The notes: a model not told the origin generated them from the sequence alone. Counted from the first letter of the stretch, positions 47,385-57,969 are shown. The stretch: 64,000 nucleotides of DNA from Patescibacteria group bacterium (GCA_965660445.1 CBFIAK010000001.1:1-64000); one strand, 5' to 3'. Translations and numbers: made by a program.

Positions 47385-48950
47385 ATGAACACAGAATCCA
47401 AACAGAAAACACGAACATTCAAAAATAAAATCGGTCTTCTTATTGGTATTTTTGTGGTGTGTATTGGGATAGGAATTCTCATTGTGATTATTCCGTTTCT
47501 AAAACTCGGTATTGGCACAAGCCCGACGCTTATTGTACTTATTAACGAAAACGAAGCTCGTCCATGTGGAGGATTTTTAACCGCCTACGGTGTCGTGCAG
47601 TTATTCCCTCCTCAATTCGAAATATCTGATATCTACGCACTCAAAGATCATGATTTTGGAGTATCTTCATTTCCGATTACGCAGGTATCTGAAAAACAAT
47701 ATTTTTGGGATTTAGGGACATCAACAAATAAATACGAATGCAGTAAAACCCTCACTGATGCCTACAATCATATATCATCAACACCGGTCACCCAAACAAT
47801 TCTTGTCCCCTTTGCAAGCATTGAAAAACTCCTTAATCCTCTTTTTCCGCTTATTCTTGATGGAGAAAGTGTTGATCAATCAAACTTTTTTTCATTTTTC
47901 TCACGCAAAGCCGCAGATGTAGACCGCCATGACGAAGAAGCTCTTCAGGGACGGAAATCTCCGATGAAAATACTGGCAAAAGAAAGCATAAAAAAGGTTC
48001 TCACACACCCCACAGCACTCTTTTCTGTGTGGAAAAAATCACAAGAAATGATACAAAGTGAAGAGATATTCACTCCACATGCTTCACAAAACTCAAAAGA
48101 AACAAGTCCTGAACTTCGCATCGTTGAATGGAATCTTGGAGGAGGAAAGAGTTCTCGATACCTACAAAAAAAACTCACAATGCGTATCACAGAAACAAGT
48201 CCTCAGCTATGGAATATAAATATTACTTTTACAGCACAAAACCACAGTCAAAATGATGCACCACTCGGACAAGACTGGAAGGGTGTTTTTTCGGTACAAT
48301 TTCCTGATTTTTTATCACTCACATCAGAAGAAATATCTGCACATATCCCAACAAATGGAGTTTTTGAAACCAAGTGGTACACAACGTACAGAGGAAACCT
48401 TCCATCATTAAGTATAAGAACCAACGCATATCAGTCATTATTCGCTGATATTTCTGTTTCTGCATTTCCTCAACAAACCATTCACTCTCACACACTCAAC
48501 ACAAAAGAACATTTCGGAGTATTTTGGGGGCAGATTTATGAGTACCAAGCACTGGATTGGAATATTACAAAAGACCAAATTCCACCCTTTATTACACGAC
48601 ATACTATTATTCCAATTAATATCATTGATGGAGCTTTAGAAAACGAAACCAAGAAAGCACAATTCAAAGAAAACAGTCTCTTTGTAGAACTTCATTTCAA
48701 TGAAGAAATAAACATTATTCAACCACTTCGTACACAACTAATCGATACACAATGGGAAAACGAACAAGAGGAACACCTATCTCATACACAATATCACCTT
48801 TTATCAGACAAAAAAACACTCTTACTCGCATTTCCAAGTACAATAAAACAAAAAAATGAACGCTACAAAATTCAAGTCGAAAACATAGAAGATCTCTTCG
48901 GAAATCGCCTTATTACAAAGCCTCGAACGGTTATAGACCGCACAGAATAA
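47385..48950 (+). CDS. DUF4012-like membrane-anchored protein
   Basis: TM followed by NENEARPCGGF, similar to the DUF4012 NxxExRxxGG motif; NLGGGKS. Confidence 0.65.
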   Translation: MNTESKQKTRTFKNKIGLLIGIFVVCIGIGILIVIIPFLKLGIGTSPTLIVLINENEARPCGGFLTAYGVVQLFPPQFEISDIYALKDHDFGVSSFPITQVSEKQYFWDLGTSTNKYECSKTLTDAYNHISSTPVTQTILVPFASIEKLLNPLFPLILDGESVDQSNFFSFFSRKAADVDRHDEEALQGRKSPMKILAKESIKKVLTHPTALFSVWKKSQEMIQSEEIFTPHASQNSKETSPELRIVEWNLGGGKSSRYLQKKLTMRITETSPQLWNINITFTAQNHSQNDAPLGQDWKGVFSVQFPDFLSLTSEEISAHIPTNGVFETKWYTTYRGNLPSLSIRTNAYQSLFADISVSAFPQQTIHSHTLNTKEHFGVFWGQIYEYQALDWNITKDQIPPFITRHTIIPINIIDGALENETKKAQFKENSLFVELHFNEEINIIQPLRTQLIDTQWENEQEEHLSHTQYHLLSDKKTLLLAFPSTIKQKNERYKIQVENIEDLFGNRLITKPRTVIDRTE

Positions 48951-49021
48951 GAATGAAAAACTCATTGACTTCTCACCTCAACCCCTTACAATAGACAGAG
49001 AGATTTATATCAACCCTCTTT

Positions 49022-49351
49022 ATGAATTCTCACTCCGAAAAACGAATACAGTTATCGTTTTTAATACAAAAAACGAACACACTGTTAACGACCTATTTGA
49101 GTATTATCACCCTCATTCTTGGATTCCTCTATTTGTTTGGACTCAATACTGTTGCTATGCGTGGGTATATACTCACACAAGAAGCCTACAAAAGCCAAGT
49201 TATAGCCCAAGAATTAGAACGACTTGATTCCCAAATTACAGCACTAGATACAAAAGAATTTCTCACGAAAAAAACAGAGGCCTCTTTTATGGTTTATAAC
49301 AATAAAAAAGATTTCTTAGTATACAAGGCTCATTATACAGCACAAAAGTAA
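49022..49351 (+). CDS. FtsL-like bitopic coiled-coil protein
   Basis: TM, NTVAMRGY, then a leucine-zipper-like segment; upstream TTGACT-16-TACAAT promoter (48965-48992). Confidence 0.55.
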   Translation: MNSHSEKRIQLSFLIQKTNTLLTTYLSIITLILGFLYLFGLNTVAMRGYILTQEAYKSQVIAQELERLDSQITALDTKEFLTKKTEASFMVYNNKKDFLVYKAHYTAQK

Positions 49352-49448
49352 TAACAAAAACTCATACTTACAGCGAAAAATCAAGGTCATTTTTTTGTCA
49401 TTTGTTCGAATACCTCTATAATTAAAGGATTTTATAAAAATAAACTTC

Positions 49449-52100
49449 ATGTCTCATTTTGATTCATTTACCAAACTTGCGAAGAACATCATTATTTTTG
49501 CTCAAGAAGAAATGCAAAGGCTCGGAGACGAAAAGCTTTCTACTCAACACATATTATTAGGAATACTCCGCCAACCGAAATCTGTTGGAGGAAAGGTATT
49601 ACATCAGTTTGGGATTGATTATGAAAATGCGTTTCGTGTGGCACAAACACTGGCACACAAAACTGATGGTGAAGAGAGAGGCACCGAGGAAGAAGCAAAA
49701 ATATTTTCTCAACAAACACAAACTATCATTTCAGCTTCTGCTCAAACAGCGCTTGATTTTGGGCACTCAATGGTTGATTCTGAGCATATTCTTTATGCTT
49801 TATGCCAAGAAAGTAGCGGTGGAGCTTATGACATACTTGAAACACTTATGGTACCTCCGATGGTGATTAGTGATCAATTAGAAACATTGTTTAAGCAAAC
49901 AAAGAATACAAATGAAGACACGCCACATCAAGACATACAAACAACAACACCAACAGCGCAACAATTTGAGCAATTACTCAATGGTATTCAGGGGATTTTA
50001 GTGGGAATGAGTGTCGGAGTTGGTGAATCAAAGCAAATGGATGATCAACCATTTACCCATATGGATGAAGAAGATCAGAGTATGGAACACCATGCTCGAA
50101 CACGCAAAAAGAAGAAGCTTGCTCTTGATTATTTTTGTATAGATTTCACAGAAATGGCAGAAGACGGAAAACTCGATCCGGTTATTGGTCGTGATGATGA
50201 AACAAAACGAATGGTACAAATTCTCGCTCGAAAAAATAAAAACAATCCTATCTTATTAGGGGATCCAGGAGTTGGAAAAACAGCGATTGTTGAAGGACTT
50301 GCTCAACAAATAGTACAAGGGAATGTTCCTGATAAACTTATTGATAAACGAGTTCTTTCTCTTTCTATGGCAAACCTTATTGCGGGAACGAAATATCGAG
50401 GAGAGTTTGAAGAACGGCTCAAACGTATTATAGAAGAGGCATCAGAAGCTGATAATGAAATCATCCTTTTTATTGACGAACTTCATACTATTATGGGAGC
50501 TGGGTCGGCAGAAGGATCTCTTGATGCAGCAAATATACTCAAGCCTGCACTTTCTCGAGGACTTATCCAAATGATTGGAGCGACTACTGTAGAAGAATAC
50601 CGGAAACATATTGAAAAAGATGCGGCACTTGCTCGTCGATTTCAATCGATTGACGTACCCGAACCATCACTTGAAGACGCTCTCAAGATTCTTAAAGGGC
50701 TTAAACCTCATTATGAAGAACATCATTTTGTTCGTATTGATGATGAAGCGTTAGAAAAAGCAGTTGAGCTTTCTGATCGATATATAAACGATCGATTTTT
50801 ACCTGATAAAGCCCTTGATCTTATTGATGAAACCTGTGCATCACAATCGATTACACACAGACTGAATGGAAAAGAAATTCGTGCACTACGACAACGGATT
50901 TCAAAAATACAAACACAGAAAGAAAAGGCAGCTGTCGATCAAAACTACGAGAAAGCAAACAAGTTCTACCAAGAAGAACAACGGCTTGAAGAAGAGTTAC
51001 AAGCTTTAAAAACAAAAAAAGTTGTTGGACGAAAACCTAAAAAAATAACGGCTGAAAACATTGCTCAAATACTGCAAGATATCACCAAAATACCCGTCAC
51101 AAAAATGATGGATAATGAAACCGAAAACCTCAAAAGTATGGAATCTGATCTCAGAAAACATATTATTGGACAAGAAAAAGGAATTTCAGAAGTTGCCAAA
51201 TATATCCGCCGGTCTCGTATAGGGCTTCATGATCCACGCCGACCGAGAGGAGTTTTCTTATTTCTTGGACCCACCGGAGTTGGGAAAACAGAACTCGTAA
51301 AACAACTCGCAAAAACCGTATATCATGACGAAAAAGCGTTGATTAAGATTGATATGTCTGAATTCTCATCGCCTCATACAGGTTCTCGACTTGTAGGAGC
51401 ACCTGCAGGATACGTGGGGTACGAAAACGGAGGAGAGCTGACTGAAAAAGTACGACGAAAGCCATACAGTATTCTTTTGTTTGATGAAATTGAAAAAGCT
51501 CATCGAGATGTACACAATATGCTCTTGCAAATTTTCGAAGACGGACAATTAACAGACGGAAAAGGACGACAAGTATCTTTCCGAAACACGATTATCATTA
51601 TGACTTCTAATATTGGATCTGAACGATTTAAGTCGAATGCAAAAAATATTGGGTTTAGCACCTCAAAACAAGAACAAGAAAAAGGAGAACAAGAACTCAA
51701 AACCATTACCAAAGATGTACTTGAATCATTAAAACAGACTTTTTCACCAGAATTCATAAACCGACTTGATTCCACAGTTGTATTTCATCCTTTGTCAAAA
51801 GAATCAATTAAAAAAATTGTGGCGTTACATATTGAAGAGTTCCAAAATCGACTCAACAAGAAAGGAATCACACTGAAAATAAGTGGATCTCCTATAAACG
51901 CGTTAGCGGCTCGGTCGTATAACCCAGAAACAGGAGCTCGTGAAGTTCGACGTATTATTGCGGATCAGTTAGAACATCCTCTTGTTGAAGCATTAATGCA
52001 TGGAGATATTCATGAGAACGATACCGTTCAAGTGCGATATAACACAAGCACAGAACAATGTGAGTTTCAACGCGTTCTCAAAACCACAAAAAAGAAGTAA
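49449..52100 (+). CDS. clpC: ATP-dependent Clp protease ATPase subunit ClpC
   Basis: Clp-N repeats, GDPGVGKT, UVR-like coil, GPTGVGKT, DEIEKAH; promoter TTGTCA-16-TATAAT at 49395-49422. Confidence 0.94.
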   Translation: MSHFDSFTKLAKNIIIFAQEEMQRLGDEKLSTQHILLGILRQPKSVGGKVLHQFGIDYENAFRVAQTLAHKTDGEERGTEEEAKIFSQQTQTIISASAQTALDFGHSMVDSEHILYALCQESSGGAYDILETLMVPPMVISDQLETLFKQTKNTNEDTPHQDIQTTTPTAQQFEQLLNGIQGILVGMSVGVGESKQMDDQPFTHMDEEDQSMEHHARTRKKKKLALDYFCIDFTEMAEDGKLDPVIGRDDETKRMVQILARKNKNNPILLGDPGVGKTAIVEGLAQQIVQGNVPDKLIDKRVLSLSMANLIAGTKYRGEFEERLKRIIEEASEADNEIILFIDELHTIMGAGSAEGSLDAANILKPALSRGLIQMIGATTVEEYRKHIEKDAALARRFQSIDVPEPSLEDALKILKGLKPHYEEHHFVRIDDEALEKAVELSDRYINDRFLPDKALDLIDETCASQSITHRLNGKEIRALRQRISKIQTQKEKAAVDQNYEKANKFYQEEQRLEEELQALKTKKVVGRKPKKITAENIAQILQDITKIPVTKMMDNETENLKSMESDLRKHIIGQEKGISEVAKYIRRSRIGLHDPRRPRGVFLFLGPTGVGKTELVKQLAKTVYHDEKALIKIDMSEFSSPHTGSRLVGAPAGYVGYENGGELTEKVRRKPYSILLFDEIEKAHRDVHNMLLQIFEDGQLTDGKGRQVSFRNTIIIMTSNIGSERFKSNAKNIGFSTSKQEQEKGEQELKTITKDVLESLKQTFSPEFINRLDSTVVFHPLSKESIKKIVALHIEEFQNRLNKKGITLKISGSPINALAARSYNPETGAREVRRIIADQLEHPLVEALMHGDIHENDTVQVRYNTSTEQCEFQRVLKTTKKK

Positions 52101-52216
52101 GTCTTCAAAAAACATAATCGTATGAAACTATTACGGAAGTCTGTATACGTTTCATGATGACTGAAACAAGAAAGAAGTATTGCATTTTTTTGAAAAATAG
52201 ATAAAAATGCTGCACG

Positions 52217-52696
52217 ATGAAAAAAGAAACAAAACCTCAAACAACCCAATCAAATGAGATCGAGACACTCATAGCAGAAAACGAGAAACTAAAAATAGAA
52301 CTTGAAGAAGCAAAACAACTTCAAATAAGAGCTCTTGCTGATTTACAAAACGTACAACGACGAGAAAGCGAACAAAAATCAATGTGGTCACGTGACGCGG
52401 TAGTATTCTTTTTTCAAAAACTCATTCCTCGATTAAACGAAGTAATGCAGTGCGGAAAACACACGCAAGATAAAAATGTTCAAAAAACCATCACGACGTT
52501 TCTTGAGAGTTTAGAAAAACAAGGACTTGTGATGATAAACCCAAAACAAGGAGATGTTATTGATCCAAATATACACGAAGTTCTTCTTGTGGCGGAAGGC
52601 AAAAAAGACACTGTTGTGTCTGTGCTAGAAATCGGATGGCAGTTTCAAGACAGAGTCATTACTCCTGCAAAGATATCAGGCGGACAAGACGTATAG
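52217..52696 (+). CDS. grpE: Nucleotide exchange factor GrpE
   Basis: RALADLQNVQRR, DPNIHE, GW...RVITPAKI. Confidence 0.92.
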   Translation: MKKETKPQTTQSNEIETLIAENEKLKIELEEAKQLQIRALADLQNVQRRESEQKSMWSRDAVVFFFQKLIPRLNEVMQCGKHTQDKNVQKTITTFLESLEKQGLVMINPKQGDVIDPNIHEVLLVAEGKKDTVVSVLEIGWQFQDRVITPAKISGGQDV

Positions 52697-52714
52697 TTTA
52701 TAACATTCTCTCTC

Positions 52715-52831
52715 ATGGCAAAAAAGAAAACATTTCGTATAAAAAAGAAAAAATTAGCCCTTCAAATAATCGTTTGGATTATTATTGTAGCGCTTTTAGG
52801 AACCGTCTTCTTACCTGCATTTTTAGGCTGA
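52715..52831 (+). CDS. Unannotated 38-aa single-TM microprotein (DUF4044/Prli42-like)
   Basis: MAKKKTFRIKKKKLALQIIVWIIIVALLGTVFLPAFLG*; its TGA overlaps the mnmA ATG (TGATG). Confidence 0.7.
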   Translation: MAKKKTFRIKKKKLALQIIVWIIIVALLGTVFLPAFLG

Positions 52832-53907
52832 TGAATGCGTCTAAAAAAGTTCTTCTTGGGTTTTCAGGTGGGGTTGATAGTAGTGTGTGTGCTCAATTAT
52901 TACAAGAACAAGGATACGAAGTAACTGGGCTTTTTTTAAAAACATGGGATGATGAACACTGCACGAGTCAACGCGATAGTTTTGATGCTCGAATGGTGGC
53001 TGACAAACTCAATATTTCTTTGTATACTTTAGACTTATCACAAGAATATAACGATTTTGTTTTTCAGTATTTTTTAGATCAAAACAGAGCTGGTCGAACA
53101 CCAAATCCTGATATTTTATGTAATAAATATATAAAATTTTCAGCATTTTTGAAAAAAGCAGACGAGCTTTCGATTCCATTTATTGCAACAGGACATTATG
53201 CACATAATTACTGGAACGAATCACAGAAAAAACAGGAGCTTTTGATTCCAAAAGACACACACAAAGACCAAACGTATTTTTTGTATACACTCAATCAAAA
53301 CATACTCGCACGAACAATATTTCCCCTTGCTCACCTCACAAAATCAGAAGTAAGACAGAAAGCTCAATTACTCACATTTCCAAATGCAGATAAAAAAGAT
53401 TCTGTGGGTATTTGCATGGTAGGAGACCGAAACTACAAATCGTTTATTCAACAATACATTTCAAAAAACGAAGGACCTATTCGAGATATACGCACTCAAA
53501 AAACAATTGGATCACATGAAGGGCTCTCCTTTTATACCATTGGACAACGACGAGATTTGGGTATTGGCGGAGTTAAAGGATGTGAAGAAAAACCATGGTT
53601 TGTTGTCCGAAAAGAGAAAACACAAAACACATTATGGGTTTCTCAATATGAAGACGATTTATTATTTTCAGAACTCACCGCTCATTCACTTCATTGGGTG
53701 AGCGGAAATGCTCCGGACACAACCAAAACCTATACCGCTAAAATACGTTATCGCAGCGAAGGAAGTCCTTGTGAGATACGCATAGAAAATGACACCCTTC
53801 ATATTCGGTTTCATAGTCCTGTTCGAGCCGTAGCAATAGGACAATCCGTCGTTTTATATGAAGGAAATAAATGTCTTGGTGGAGGAGAAATTATCGAAAG
53901 CACCTGA
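52831..53907 (+). CDS. mnmA: tRNA 2-thiouridylase MnmA
   Basis: SGGVDSS, TPNPDILCN, ATGHY, KDQTYFL, DSVGIC, TIGQR, CLGGG. Confidence 0.96.
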   Translation: MNASKKVLLGFSGGVDSSVCAQLLQEQGYEVTGLFLKTWDDEHCTSQRDSFDARMVADKLNISLYTLDLSQEYNDFVFQYFLDQNRAGRTPNPDILCNKYIKFSAFLKKADELSIPFIATGHYAHNYWNESQKKQELLIPKDTHKDQTYFLYTLNQNILARTIFPLAHLTKSEVRQKAQLLTFPNADKKDSVGICMVGDRNYKSFIQQYISKNEGPIRDIRTQKTIGSHEGLSFYTIGQRRDLGIGGVKGCEEKPWFVVRKEKTQNTLWVSQYEDDLLFSELTAHSLHWVSGNAPDTTKTYTAKIRYRSEGSPCEIRIENDTLHIRFHSPVRAVAIGQSVVLYEGNKCLGGGEIIEST

Positions 53908-53946
53908 TACTTGTCAAAAAATATTTTGTGTCTATAGTGAAAACAC

Positions 53947-55092
53947 ATGAAAAAGCTAATTTTGACATTCATATTTTTGATGGGACTTATCCCAGGTATT
54001 ACTACTCATGCACAACGAGTACCAACTCTTGATTTCTTTCACGGAGAAACGTGTCCACATTGCCATAGAGAAAAAGAATGGTTTCCTGATCTTCAAAAAC
54101 TCTACCCAGATCTTCAAATTAATGAATATGAGGTGTGGTTTAATGCGGAAAATAATGAGTTAATGAAACAACGTTTGCGAGAACTCGGGCAAACATCTTC
54201 AGGAGTACCAACAAATATTATTGAAACAGATGTTGTGGTTGGGTTTCGACCTGACGATATTCTTGCCGCGCTTGAAAAACACTATGGACCACCACAAGAA
54301 ATAAGCGCAGACTCTCAAACCACTACGCCAGAGGTAGACGATGAATCGTGGCGAAAATATCTTGATAAATCATGGCCCATCATGAGTATTATTTTAGGAA
54401 TAGTCGATGGGTTTAACCCTTGTGCTATGTGGACACTCTTGATTCTTATTGGGTTTTTACTCGGTATGGAAGACACACGAAAACGATGGTTAGTGGGGAG
54501 TGTTTTTGTAGGAAGCTCTGCTATCATTTATTTTCTAGCATTGCTCGCGTATTTACTTGGGTTTGAGAGCATTCTTTTATTTGCAAGTGGAAATGTCATG
54601 GGGTGGATATTTCGAATTGTAGGGGTGCTTGCTTTAGCAACAGGAGCTATTGCCCTCAAGACTAGTTTCAAAAAAACAGTTGATTGTGATGTACGAGACG
54701 CAAAAAGCAAAAAAGAGTTTCGTGACAAACTCGCTGAAATACTGGAGCGTGATGAAATATACATGGTTCTCATTGGAGTTGTGGGGTTAGCGTTTTCGGT
54801 TAATATGGTTGAACTTTTATGTAGCTTTGCGATTCCTACAGCCTTTACTGGAACACTCGTATCTTTAGATCTTCCGTTTTATCAACAGATAATAGCGATT
54901 GTTCTATATGACATTATGTATATTTTAGACGATGTATTGGTACTCGTGATTGCTCTATGGACGCTCAACCTAAAAATCATTACCAACAACAAAATCATTC
55001 AGTATTCCCATTTAATAGGAGGAATTCTTCTCGTACTTATTGGTCTTCTTCTGATTTTCGATCCAGGAACACTTACACGACTCACGAGTTAA
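53947..55092 (+). CDS. Glutaredoxin/thioredoxin domain fused to a DsbD/CcdA-like TM domain
   Basis: Signal peptide, CPHC, GVP, DGFNPCAM, ELLC; about 6 TMs. Confidence 0.85.
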   Translation: MKKLILTFIFLMGLIPGITTHAQRVPTLDFFHGETCPHCHREKEWFPDLQKLYPDLQINEYEVWFNAENNELMKQRLRELGQTSSGVPTNIIETDVVVGFRPDDILAALEKHYGPPQEISADSQTTTPEVDDESWRKYLDKSWPIMSIILGIVDGFNPCAMWTLLILIGFLLGMEDTRKRWLVGSVFVGSSAIIYFLALLAYLLGFESILLFASGNVMGWIFRIVGVLALATGAIALKTSFKKTVDCDVRDAKSKKEFRDKLAEILERDEIYMVLIGVVGLAFSVNMVELLCSFAIPTAFTGTLVSLDLPFYQQIIAIVLYDIMYILDDVLVLVIALWTLNLKIITNNKIIQYSHLIGGILLVLIGLLLIFDPGTLTRLTS

Positions 55093-55544
55093 TGAAACCA
55101 AAAACACGTCTTTCAATTGAAACTTTTTTTCAGGAATCTGAAAAATACATACAACGTGTTCGATATGAATATGGTGCTGTTTTAGATCCAAAGAACCCAC
55201 AATCAACTGATTGTTCTGGGTTTTTGTATGGCTTATTCGCTCATCTCGGTATAACTATACCGAGATGCTCTATTGAACAATACGAAGCCTGTGAGATCAT
55301 ACATCACCCAACAGAAAAACCGAACCCCGAAGGTGGAAAACGTGGTGATTTACTCTTTTGGTACGGAGAACGACCAAACAAAACCATGAATATAAACCAT
55401 GTAGCCGTTATTGAGAAATATCTCGGGAATCAGCAATACCAAACGATTGAGTCTGCGAGGAGCGAAAACGGAGTCGCTCGTGTTGTACGAACCCTTGAAG
55501 AAAAACATCGTATTGGACGGTTTCCTTTTTTTTGTAGCCCATGA
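55092..55544 (+). CDS. NlpC/P60 family peptidoglycan endopeptidase
   Basis: Y.YGA, DCSGF, PR.SIEQ, GDLLF, HVA. Confidence 0.88.
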   Translation: MKPKTRLSIETFFQESEKYIQRVRYEYGAVLDPKNPQSTDCSGFLYGLFAHLGITIPRCSIEQYEACEIIHHPTEKPNPEGGKRGDLLFWYGERPNKTMNINHVAVIEKYLGNQQYQTIESARSENGVARVVRTLEEKHRIGRFPFFCSP

Positions 55545-56206
55545 ATCACAGATTTTCAATTCTTCGTTCGGTATTAGAACTCATCACGCTGATTGCTTTT
55601 TTTTATTTAGTGGTTCATTTAAATGGGCATGCCATACTGCTCTTGCTTGATCATGGACACGCAGATCATCACCACATAACCGAGACCGTATCTATTGTGT
55701 CTCATTGGGAAGAATGGGCATGGGGCATTGGAATAAGTCTTCTTTTTATTGGTATATGGCAAAAAACACCATTACGACACCTTATACCGTGTCAGCATGA
55801 ACATTGTCACACAGAAAAACCACTCTCCCATTTACTCGCCATTGGAGCTTTGTGTTTGCATTTTTTCCCGGAAGCAGGAATTCGATATTCATTACTCGAA
55901 ACATTCTCGTTTCAATGGGAATCAGTATTAGTACTCGTAGGGTTTATATCACACATACTGGTTGATATTCTCATTACATTTCATTTAGCGTCTTATTGGA
56001 ACACACTTCCAAAACGCATACTCTGTGTTCTCTTTATTGGAAGCATTTGGGGAGTCGCATTCTTTGCGCATAACTGGATAGACGTTATTTTTTCTCATAC
56101 AACAGAGGGGTTGTTTCTTTTAATAAGCGGGTTTATACTGTCGATGTTTCTTCATCTTCCTCATAAACCAAAATCATGTGTGGTTTGTGAATCGCAACCA
56201 TCATAA
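55541..56206 (+). CDS. His-rich membrane protein, divergent ZIP-like metal transporter
   Basis: DHGHADHHH, CQHEHCH, LHFFPEAG (cf. ZIP HNxPEG), several TMs. Confidence 0.55.
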   Translation: MNHRFSILRSVLELITLIAFFYLVVHLNGHAILLLLDHGHADHHHITETVSIVSHWEEWAWGIGISLLFIGIWQKTPLRHLIPCQHEHCHTEKPLSHLLAIGALCLHFFPEAGIRYSLLETFSFQWESVLVLVGFISHILVDILITFHLASYWNTLPKRILCVLFIGSIWGVAFFAHNWIDVIFSHTTEGLFLLISGFILSMFLHLPHKPKSCVVCESQPS

Positions 56207-57969
56207 TGGAACAAAAAACCGCTTTACGCATACTCAAAACCGGAGAAAACGTTTTTTTAACAGGTGCAGCAGGAACAGGAAAAACGTATGTATTGCATCA
56301 ATTTATAAAATGGCTCTACACACATCGCATATCAGTGGCTATTACGGCTTCCACTGGAATTGCCAGTTCTCATATTGCTGGGCAAACGATTCATAGTTGG
56401 AGTGGTATTGGTATTCGAGAAACACTCACTCGCAAAGACTGTGATACGATTGCTCGTAAAAAAGTGGTACGTGAACGAATTGAGTCGACTCATGTTTTGA
56501 TCATTGATGAGATGTCGATGATTTCTCGCCAAACACTTGAGGCTCTTGATGAACTGTTTCGGTTTATACGGTTATCAAACGCACCGTTTGGTGGTATGCA
56601 AGTGGTGGTATGTGGAGACTTTTTTCAGCTTCCACCAGTAAGCAAAACCCCTATACCCAACACACAAAAATTTGCGTTTATGTCTCCTTTATGGGGGCAA
56701 GCAAGGTTTCAGGTGTGTTACTTAAAAGACCAGTTTCGACAAAACGAAGACGATCTCGCTGGGTTTTTGGACGAAATTCGGTCAGGAGAAGTATCAGATA
56801 GTCGTATCAATCAGCTCCAAGAGTGTATTGAACGCACGCAAGAAGAAACTCCGGAACAAACCTATACGAAACTCTATACACATAACATTGATGTGGATAC
56901 ATTAAACGAAAAAGAACTAAACGCGCTGCCCTCTCCGGGATATGAGTTTGTAGGCATGGGATCAGGTGACAAATCGGGCATAGAAATACTAATGAAATCA
57001 GTATTAGTACCGCACCGTATGGTATTAAAAAAAGGAGCTCCTGTTATGTTTATTAAAAATAATCCAAAAGTGGGATACCACAATGGAACACTTGGCACCA
57101 TTACTGATTTTACATCAGAAGGGTTTCCCGTGGTCACGACACGAGACGATCGAGATATTTATGTAACACAGGAAGAATGGAGTATTCGTGATCGGTACGG
57201 AACACCTCAATCAACGTATAGCCATATTCCATTACGCCTCGCATGGGCTATTACCGTACATAAAAGCCAAGGGATGACACTTGATGAAGCAGAAATGGAT
57301 TTATCAAAGACGTTTGAAACAGGGCAAGGATATGTCGCGTTATCGAGAGTACGCAATTGGAGAGGATTAAGACTTCTCGGATGTAATAGCACAGCATTAC
57401 AGATTGATCCACTTGTATTACAAGCCGATAAACGGTTTCAAGAACTCTCACAAGACGGAGAACAAAACATACTCAATACCGATTCATCATTGATTGAAAA
57501 ACGTATTGAAGACAGACGTTTATCACAAGAAAATTCTATGAAAGAAGAAGAAATGCCTTTGTTTCTCTCTGAAAAAAAGAAAGTAAAAATAAAGAAGAGT
57601 GTAGTCAAACCAGAACCTCAAAAAAAAGTATCAACCTATAGTGTGACCAAATCGTTATTACTCGAGAAAAAGCCAATTGAGTCTATTATGGAAGCACGAG
57701 GAATGAATTATGATACGATTATCAAACACATTGAACATTTAGTCATAGAAACACCTGATTTAGATATCGATTATTTACGTCCTGAAAAAAAAGACATGGC
57801 AAAAATGACGATGGGGTTCATACAAGCAGAACAGAAAGCAACCGCTGAAGACCGTGATAAAGACGGACATGTAAAACTCAAACTTGTTTTTGAGACTCTT
57901 AATGAGTCTTATTTCTATAACGATTTAAAAATCGCACGACTTTTTTTATTAGACCGCACAAAAAACTAA
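56206..57969 (+). CDS. PIF1-family SF1B helicase with a C-terminal HTH
   Basis: GAAGTGKT, TIHSWSG, DEMSM, GDFFQLPPV, AWAITVHKSQG, GQGYVALSR. Confidence 0.92.
   Translation: MEQKTALRILKTGENVFLTGAAGTGKTYVLHQFIKWLYTHRISVAITASTGIASSHIAGQTIHSWSGIGIRETLTRKDCDTIARKKVVRERIESTHVLIIDEMSMISRQTLEALDELFRFIRLSNAPFGGMQVVVCGDFFQLPPVSKTPIPNTQKFAFMSPLWGQARFQVCYLKDQFRQNEDDLAGFLDEIRSGEVSDSRINQLQECIERTQEETPEQTYTKLYTHNIDVDTLNEKELNALPSPGYEFVGMGSGDKSGIEILMKSVLVPHRMVLKKGAPVMFIKNNPKVGYHNGTLGTITDFTSEGFPVVTTRDDRDIYVTQEEWSIRDRYGTPQSTYSHIPLRLAWAITVHKSQGMTLDEAEMDLSKTFETGQGYVALSRVRNWRGLRLLGCNSTALQIDPLVLQADKRFQELSQDGEQNILNTDSSLIEKRIEDRRLSQENSMKEEEMPLFLSEKKKVKIKKSVVKPEPQKKVSTYSVTKSLLLEKKPIESIMEARGMNYDTIIKHIEHLVIETPDLDIDYLRPEKKDMAKMTMGFIQAEQKATAEDRDKDGHVKLKLVFETLNESYFYNDLKIARLFLLDRTKN

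Noticed and set aside
49352-52216. CIRCE/CtsR heat-shock operators before clpC or grpE
   Set aside because: No TTAGCACTC-N9-GAGTGCTAA; only a weak GTCAT repeat before clpC and AT-rich hairpins before grpE.
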